Origin: Trichinella spiralis
Lineage: Eukaryota
Direction of reading: 5' to 3'
NCBI RefSeq assembly: GCF_000181795.1
Contig: NW_003526943.1
Coordinates: 6,193,264 to 6,213,263, forward strand
Length of the DNA stretch: 20,000 nucleotides
This document shows, piece after piece, positions 1-7,700 of this stretch. Position numbers and translations under genes: made by a program. The notes below the pieces were generated by a model. That model was not told where the DNA came from, did not search any database, and was given only the letters and a program-made list of their open reading frames with translations. Numbering within the stretch: position 1 is the first letter of the stretch; every line of letters begins with the position of its first letter.

Positions 1-162
1 TCATGGGAAAAATAATTTCACATTTACTTCACATATTTCTAAGCAGTAAATTATTCACTGAGCAGGATATCGTTTTCATTAAAAAATATCTTTTTATCAA
101 AATAAACAAAACTTGATTATCTACCGATTATATATAAATAACAACGAAGATTGTCACCTCAC

Positions 163-285
163 CTTACCATAGATGTCAATTGCACAGTGCTGACGAAAAT
201 CCGGATATTGTAGAGCTAATTCAGCAAAATTTGGAGGATTATTTCGATAAAAGTTACGAGGATGCATGCGCCTGTTGAAATTCAT
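163..285 (-). CDS. METTL16: First coding exon of RNA N6-adenosine methyltransferase METTL16 (U6 snRNA / SAM synthetase pre-mRNA methylase; C. elegans mett-10). The gene continues past the left window edge.
   Basis: Manual minus-strand translation from ATG 285-283 gives MNFNRRMHPRNFYRNNPPNFAELALQYPDFRQHCAIDIYGK, followed by donor AAG|GTGAGG (GT at 162-161). It aligns without gaps to the recalled METTL16 N-terminus (MALSKSMHARNRYKDKPPDFAYLASKYPDFKQHVQINLNGR). An alternative donor G|GTAAGG would end the exon at 168. Confidence 0.9.
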
Positions 286-307
286 TTTGTTCACGCCAAA
301 GATTTTC

Positions 308-313
308 CTGAAA
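308..313 (-). promoter_or_regulatory. Splice acceptor (TTTCAG) 22 nt upstream of the METTL16 ATG; SL trans-splice site or 5'UTR intron acceptor
   Basis: Minus strand reads gtgTTTCAG|gaaaatctttggcgtgaacaaaATG. Confidence 0.55.
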
Positions 314-1302
314 CACGTAACGGATTGAAATTATTAATTATTAATAATTACGGAATTTAAAACGTAAAGCTTAAAAGTACAGAAATAAATAAAATCAAAA
401 GACATTCACTGCAATAGATTATTTGCAGAAGAAAACATTACATGCTATTGAGTAACTTAACACTCTTATGCATTGTGTAACGAAAATAATGTTGACGATT
501 GAAACCTAAAATTAAATTTAAAACATACTCAAAAGATTATGAGGAGATTCAAAAGCAACTCATTAAAAACAATATTCCTAATTATTATATCATAAATTAC
601 TAAATAAAACAAAAATTACCAACTTTTACAGTAAGGTATGTTAACGAAAGCGTAATTTACAGTACACTTGAAATCCAAATGAAAAGTTTCAGAAATTGAA
701 AAAGTAAGAAATTAAAATTTTACAGTTTTAAGTTAGCAGCATATCTGTTACGTACGAGTTAATATATAATCAATAGCATATCCACTCAAAAATATTTGAG
801 TTAGCAGATATTTTTGTTAAAGTAGCAAATTTTGTTTAAAACATTCATGAAATAAAAGATTTATAAACTAAAATAAAATTTTTTATTTATCATAATAATT
901 TTAAAATTAAATTCACTATTTTTACTTGATATGCCATGATGAATCGAATTTTATGAATTTAAAATCCTCATTATCACATACTGTAATGAAGCAATTTGGT
1001 GGACGTTGGCAATAATACGATTGTTTGTAGTTGTCTATTATTATTTTTTTTATATTGAGGTAAGATTTATAGGTATAAAATCTTAATTCTAAAGATTTTA
1101 TTATATATGCTATTATTTTTTTCAGTCTTTGGTTAATTGAAATATTGCTTGACATTGTCTTTTACAGTTTTTTGCTTATTTAATTGAAATCTGTGATTTA
1201 AAATGAACTGTTTTTTAATTCATTACTTTTTTATCTGAAATTTTATGGATTAAGAAAGTCATTTTATTTTTTCATATAAAATTATTTGTTTTTTATGAAG
1301 AT
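314..1302. promoter_or_regulatory. Putative bidirectional promoter/outron region between divergent METTL16 and ABCF2
   Basis: About 1 kb of very AT-rich sequence between two outward-facing TTTCAG acceptors. The + strand is A-rich on the left and T-rich on the right. AGTTAGCAG is repeated at 731-739 and 799-807. Confidence 0.5.
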
Positions 1303-1309
1303 TTTTCAG
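1303..1309 (+). promoter_or_regulatory. TTTTCAG acceptor 2 nt before the ABCF2 ATG; probable SL trans-splice site
   Basis: atTTTTCAG|acATGccg is a consensus nematode acceptor directly before the start codon, preceded by a T-rich stretch. Confidence 0.6.
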
Positions 1310-1311
1310 AC

Positions 1312-4300
1312 ATGCCGTCAGATGCTCGTAAACGAAGAGATGCGAAGAAAAAGGAACTCGCGAAGCAACGTATGGCAATGCCCAAAGGAAATCGCACCGC
1401 AGCATCAAAAGAAACAGCATCTAATGAAAATCAGCAGTCAGCTTTAGTTGGCGAAAGTAATTAATTAAACAATTTGTATGAATTTCAATAATTGTATGAT
1501 TATATTAGGTAACAAGGAATTTGATGAATTGACCGAACAATTAAAAGCAATAGAATTGGAAAATGCTAAAGCTCGTTCCATCACTGGTGTGCTTTCTTCA
1601 CACGAGCAATCTAGAGATATAAAGATTGAAAGCATAACGTTGACTTATTATGGTGTAGAAATGCTAAGCGATACTCGTCTAGAACTGAATTGGAGCAGAC
1701 GATATGGATTGATAGGTTTAAATGGATGCGGTGAGTATGAAACTTGTGTTTAATCTATGTCAAGAACATATTTGTAATGTTTTATTCAGAAATAAAGTAA
1801 TCAAAATGTGTATGAAAATTATTTTAATCCTATTAGAAAATTAGAAACTTTATAAAAAATTAATTTGTTGTTTATTATTTATTCGTTTCAGGAAAGTCAA
1901 CTTTTTTGAATTGTATTGCTAGTAGAGAATTGCCAGTACCACCTACGATGGATGTCTACTTACTGTCTCATGAAATGCCAGCAAGCGAAAAAACTGCTTT
2001 GCAAGCAGTGATAGATGTAGATGAAGAACGTATTCGTTTGGAAAAGGAAGCTGAAGAACTAGCTCATTCTGATGATGTTGGTAATGTATTTAAAAAGTAA
2101 AAGATGGTGATGAATGAAATATGTTTTTCTTACAGAATCTCACGATAAATTAATGGACATTTATGACCGCTTGGATGATATTTCTGCTGATACTGCTGAA
2201 ACTCGAGCAGCTGAAATTTTGCATGGTCTTGGCTTTACACCTGAGATGATGAATAAGCAGTGTAAGCATTTTTCCGGTAAGCATTTGTCTTTTCACTTGT
2301 TTAATCATTACGATTATAATTTGATAATGAATGAAAGTTCAATCTGTTTTATAAGTACAGGTGGATGGAGAATGCGAATTTCTCTTGCCCGTGCTTTGTA
2401 TTTGAAACCGTGTATTCTTCTTCTTGACGAACCAACGAATCATCTTGATTTGGATGCATGTGTATGGCTAGAGGAGGAACTCAAACAGTAACTATTAATT
2501 ATTAATGTACCCATTTTCATTTTATAGAAAAGCTTTTCTATGAAATATATTGCTTATAAATTTTCAAGCATTTGTGTAATTTCTGCCATTAAATTATCAC
2601 ATTTATTGTAAAAATGTATGATAAAAATAATTTTTCATTGGAAGTTTTGTAAATTTCGAATTATTAATGATTCAAAATTAGTACTTAAATTATTTGATGA
2701 TTTTTATTTTCATTTTGCAGACAATTTGTTTTTCACTCTACATTCATAAAAGATTAAATATTAGATTTCCTTAAGAGATATTTTTTTAATCTGTTTCATG
2801 TGTGAATTTGCGTTTAATATTTGTTTTGTTTTTAGGTATAAACGAATATTGGTAATAGTGTCTCATTCTCAAGATTTTTTAAATGGAGTTTGCACGAACA
2901 TCATTCATTTCAATAAACAGCGTTTAGTGTATTACACGGTAAGTGTTGAATTAAAATTTGAACGTTCGTCACAATGGTTGAAAGGATGTTAATGATGAAT
3001 ATAAAGCCTTGTCAAAGCACACACATGCAGTGATGTATGCCGAAATGCGATGAACTGAAAATTTTAGATAAATTCAAGAAAAAAATGATTATTTCATCGT
3101 TTGACAAAATTTTGTTATACGAGTCATCTTTACAGGGAAACTATGATCAGTTTGTGAGAACTCGAATTGAATTACTTGAAAATCAAATGAAGCGTTACAA
3201 TTGGGAACAAGCTCAATTGGCTCATATGAAGGTGATTAGATGTAATTTAGGGTGAAGCTTGTTCAGCATATTTCTTTCAGGATTACATTGCTCGATTTGG
3301 TCATGGCAGTGCGAAGTTGGCCAGACAAGCGCAGAGCAAAGAAAAAGTTTTGAACAAAATGGTTGCTGGAGGTTTGACAGAGAAAGTTGTACAAGAGAAG
3401 GTATTTTTGAAAACATTTCATCTCTTTGCTAGGTGAAATTAAAAATGCATAATTTCAGGTAAAACAGTTTTATTTTTTTGATCCTGGCTACATACCTCCT
3501 CCAGTTATAATGGTTCAACATATTTCATTTCGTTACGGTCCTGATCAGGTGTATTTTTCATTTTTGATTGTATTTTTCTCATTTGCATTTTTTTTTCTTA
3601 TTCATCTTTTTAGCCATGGATTTATCGAAATTTTGAATGTGGTATTGATTTAAATACTCGAATAGCTCTTGTTGGTCCAAATGGTGCGGGGAAAAGTACA
3701 TTTTTGAAATTAATTGGTGGCGAATTGATGCCGACCGATGGATTGATTCGACGTCACTCTCACGTCAAGATCGGTCGTTATCATCAGGTGTGTAAATTAT
3801 TCATTTCAATTAATTGTCTTATTCTGTGCTATTATGTAAATTTACAATTTAGCATTTGCACGAATTACTGGATCTGAATTTATCAGCATTGGAATATATG
3901 TTGAAAGCATATCCAGAGGTGGTGGAAAAGGAAGAAATGAGAAAAATAATCGGGCGTTACGGTTTGACTGGTCGTCAACAAGTGAGTGATGTTCGAAAAT
4001 TGCCTGTTTTGAATAATTAATTATTTGTATGAAAATATTAATAATTGTGAATATTTTAGACTTGTCCTATGAAACAGCTTTCCGATGGTCAACGATGTCG
4101 AGTGTCGTTCGCTTGGTTAGCTTGGCAAAGACCTCATCTGCTTCTGTTGGATGAACCGACCAATCATTTGGACATGGAAAGTATTGACGCTTTAGCTGAA
4201 GCTATAAACGAATTTGGCGGTGGAATGTTGCTAGTTTCTCATGATTTTCGACTTGTTAGTCAGGTTGGAAAATTTTTTTGTCTTCTTCTTCTTCTCAGTT

Positions 4301-4469
4301 TTCAATTTTGTAAAAATTATGAATTTTCCAACAGGTCGCCGAAGAAATTTGGCTTTGCGACAAAGGTACTATTACAAAGCTAGATGGTGATATATTTTTG
4401 TACAAAGAACATTTGAAAAAGCAAATTGAAAAAGAAAAACGGAAAAAAATCGAAGCATCTAAAGGCTGA
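1312..4469 (+). CDS. ABCF2: ATP-binding cassette subfamily F member 2 (soluble, translation-associated ABC ATPase); complete, 13 exons, 624 aa
   Basis: Exons: 1312-1456, 1509-1730, 1892-2080, 2136-2276, 2361-2487, 2836-2938, 3136-3231, 3281-3400, 3459-3548, 3614-3787, 3853-3981, 4060-4263, 4335-4469. All introns are GT-AG and phases are consistent, totalling 1875 nt. The protein starts [18 protein letters not shown]1 has GLNGCGKST, FSGGWRMR and [11 protein letters not shown]. The linker [22 protein letters not shown] is characteristic of ABCF2. NBD2 has [14 protein letters not shown] and [11 protein letters not shown]. There are no TM domains. Confidence 0.96.
2992..3058 (+). ncRNA. Candidate intronic box C/D snoRNA in ABCF2 intron 6
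   Basis: Box C ATGATGA at 2992-2998, C'-like GTGATGT at 3030-3036 and box D CTGA at 3055-3058 span 67 nt. Box D lies 77 nt upstream of the 3' splice site. The intron is 197 nt, against about 50-65 nt for most others. The terminal stem is weak, D' is unclear and no target was identified. Confidence 0.5.
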
Positions 4470-4534
4470 TGATTTTTTCTACAATGGAAAAATTTTGTTT
4501 TGTTACAATTGCATGAAATACAAGTATAGTTGAA

Positions 4535-4540
4535 AATAAA
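4535..4540 (+). promoter_or_regulatory. Probable ABCF2 polyadenylation signal AATAAA
   Basis: First AATAAA after the TGA (65 nt downstream), followed by T-rich sequence. Confidence 0.55.
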
Positions 4541-4558
4541 AATTACATTCATCAGTAT

Positions 4559-4564
4559 TTTATT
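4559..4564 (-). promoter_or_regulatory. Probable Fat cadherin polyadenylation signal (AATAAA on - strand)
   Basis: TTTATT on + at 4559-4564, about 140 nt after the cadherin stop codon at 4702-4704. Confidence 0.5.
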
Positions 4565-4701
4565 TTATATTTAAATGATAACAAAATATGATTAGAAAAG
4601 AAATATTTCGATTAAAAAACAACAGCAAATAGTAACAAACAAACAAAATTAATAAATTTTATAACAATGAGGATGAGATGTATTTTTGAATGTAGAAATT
4701 T

Positions 4702-7700
4702 TCAAATGTACAAACTTCCATCGGGTGAAATGTCTCGTGAATAGTGGTGGTAAACGGCGGCGTGTGAGGGCAGTGTGTCGGTCGGATTTCGTTGGCCAAG
4801 TGTGGATGTATCCAGCGAAATGCCCGAGTCGCACAAATTTCGACGGCTGCACGTAGCGCTGAGTCTTGTCAGCGTACGGTCCCGTTTCGTTATATAGTCT
4901 GGATCTTTGATTGATCCGAAATTCCAATCCGCTTGTCGAATTATGTCCAACAATCCCAGGCGACTGTCCAGCACCGACTGTTGGATCCGCTTGGCTTTTG
5001 TGCTTTTTCTGTATCGACGTACAAGAAAAAAATAGCAGCCAATGCCCGACAAGACCAGGCAGATGGAAAAGGTGATGCAGATGATCAGAAGTGTCGGACG
5101 TTGACGTTTGGCTTCGAGTTCGGTTTTTTGGGCACCGGCGTTGGCACAGCTGACGTTGAAAAGCACGTTCTGTGATTCACGGACCGTGAGAAAGTTGCTT
5201 TGCCGATGGCTGGGTTCCATCGGCTGCAGCTGACCGTTGAGAATGAACCTTCGAATACAGCCTTGGAAATTGTTCAGCTGTTTCCCTTGAATTCGAAGCA
5301 CATTTCTTGTCCCTCCCAACGAGCAGGAAGTCAATTTCTGCTCGTAGAAGTCGTGCAAGTCGGTGAAAAGTTGCGCATCTTTTCCGTGATCGTCGATGCG
5401 GAACTCTACCAAACCTTCTTGTGGATATTTAGCCAGCGATACCATGTGCCAGTTGCCGTCGGATATAGTCGGTCCTTCGTCTAAATTCAACTGCACGGTT
5501 CTCAGGTCGTCTGTACGGCTGATGTAGCGTACGAAACCGTCCACGATATCTATCAAAGAGAACTGCACTCCGGTAGATGAGAAAAATAATACACCGTCGC
5601 GGCTTGTTGTTCGAAATAAAATGTTCAGCCAAAGGGCAGGAAGTGTACTTTGATGATGCAGACGCAGTTCATTCTCGGCCCAGGTTTCAAATGCATTTTC
5701 ATCGAACGTTGGAAATTGGCTCCTCACATGCACTCCAGGACCAATGTCATAAGAGATGAAGCCGTTATTCAAACTGTACGTTTGTTCAGCTAAAATGTAA
5801 TTAATTTGCAGAAAATGTAATTGCATACAAATTTGTATATCAAATAACTGTTGCCAATGCCTTATACTCTCGGATATATTATACTTTAAATAATAAGCTT
5901 CTTATGTTTTTTGTTAGTGTTTATTTGTAAAAGCGAATTTATTTTAAATTATTTATTATAATAATAATTAATATTTTTGTTACGAAATAGTTAACAGTTT
6001 ATAACAATGTCGTGCGTTTTACCTTGTTCACAAGAAGATGAAATGAAATTGCCTCGACAAATGCATTCTGTTCTATCCCAGAAGTCCAAACACTGTTCAG
6101 AGGTTTTGCACATGTCCGTATGACCACACAGGTCAGCTACTTGTCTTGGGCAATGGTCTAGTAGGTTTGACTTACTGCGAATGCTTTTAGCGTTCAACGG
6201 CGCCCCGTTTAAACTTAAATCACGGATGCATCCAAGGAAATTTGGCGATGCTATTTCATAGCCTATTGACTGTATTCTGCTGGCTAAATTAGCACTGCCC
6301 ACGAACAAAGAATCGTCCAAATCTTCGAACATTGCAGCACTGAATAAAAACATAAATATATAAGTTTTGTCTGAATCATTCTCTACTAACCTGTCGCAAG
6401 TTGTAAAAGTGATTTCACAATCAAGATTTCCAGTATCACAACTAGTGCATTTATTTTCCCCACATTCCGATATTGAAATTCCAATGCTCTAAAACAAAGA
6501 AGAAATTAAGCGTTGCAAGAGTTAGTTACAAAAGATAAAATACTTTTAGTTGATGACGCAGTACAAGTTTGTGCCACCTAGCATTGGTAACGTTGCGAGG
6601 TAATGTCGAGGAGTACTTTTGCCCATTTGACGCTGAGCAGGCTAATCTGAGTTGCCCATTTGAAATATCCACGACTACATAGCTGGAGTTTGATCTGTAG
6701 TTTGTTCCACTCCAGTATAGTAGAAGTGCGTTTCTTCGCAAAGTAGAAAATTCGAATGACAATTCATTTTTTCTAACGTTCAAGCCGGATAATTCAATAT
6801 AAGACAGTTCCTGGAATCCGTAGCTAGATATTTCACAATTTCGACCTGTGTATGCATAACTGCACTGACACTTGTAGCCGTCAAAATCTGCAACACATGT
6901 TCCACCATTCAGACAAGGATTCGAAGCGCATCTGTCTATGGGCATTTCACATTTGCTACCAAAATATCCTGCTACGCAAATGCAACGATATGATCCATCA
7001 GTATTTTCACAGTGCGCATTATTCTGACAAGGATTTGAAATTGTGCATTCATCGACATCGTTTTCACAGCGACTTCCTTCATATCCTTCAGGGCAAAGAC
7101 ATCGAGTCTTCATCTGTAATTCATCATGGAAGCATGTACCTCCATTTAGGCAACTGTTAATTGCGCATCTATCCACTGTAGTTTCGCAAAATTCTCCTGT
7201 ATACGTAGAACTACAGTCACAACGATAGGATCTTGCTATTTTAGGAAATATGAAGATGTTTTCATTTTCTCGAAAATAAGAAAATGATCCACTGGATTCA
7301 GTTATTTCGATGCAAATTCCACCATTTAGGCAAGAATTTGCCGTGCACATTCCATGCTGAACGTGAGTGAGCGCCACTTGGTCTAGTTTCAGTTTAAGAC
7401 GATTCCAAATCAGCTGAATGCGTGATGCGGTTAATTCTGAAGCTGGCATAATATGATGACTGGAGTCATAAAGTGTCATCCAAGCTGAACAGTTTCTCTG
7501 TTTGCATTCGGCCTGTGTTAACAAACTCGAATAGCCTTCCTTTTCTAGGGCTTGTTGCAAAGGTTGAATGGCCATTTCTAATAAATTTTGCTTCATCAAG
7601 TCGAAATGCAAAATTACACTGTTTTGAGCAGTGTAATTTGTATAAGTTAAAAATTTTATCGAAAGGTCAAAATCCACCGGTAAATGCTTTCCATCATCAC

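Noticed and set aside
174..278. + strand frame CQLHSADENPDIVELIQQNLEDYFDKSYEDACAC*
   Set aside because: It is the antisense shadow of the METTL16 exon, which has the recognisable homology.
922..1155. 77-aa minus-strand ORF, and an ATGATGA box C-like word at 936-942
   Set aside because: The ORF is I/K/Y-rich and AT-driven with no recognisable motif. No CTGA box D lies at snoRNA distance.
2713..2720. Strong-looking TTTTGCAG acceptor inside ABCF2 intron 5
   Set aside because: Its use reaches TAA within about 12 codons and there is no supporting donor. A poison acceptor cannot be supported without RNA data.
3040..3051. CGAAATGCGAT resembles a 5.8S rRNA segment; its complement loosely resembles the U2 5' end
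   Set aside because: The match is only 11 nt and in sense orientation for 5.8S. The U2 pairing is imperfect, so it was not accepted as an rRNA fragment or guide target.
4281..4298. (CTT)n microsatellite and cryptic CAG acceptor in ABCF2 intron 12
   Set aside because: It is a short polypyrimidine tract. The intron would be 35 nt and lead to an in-frame TAA.
1478..4383. Separate + ORFs in the track treated as individual genes
   Set aside because: They are ABCF2 exons extended into introns. The true start is 1312, which is not in the track.
4801..4830. DSGISLDTS in the cadherin tail as a beta-TrCP/Slimb degron
   Set aside because: It does not match the canonical DSGxxS spacing and is too weak to call.
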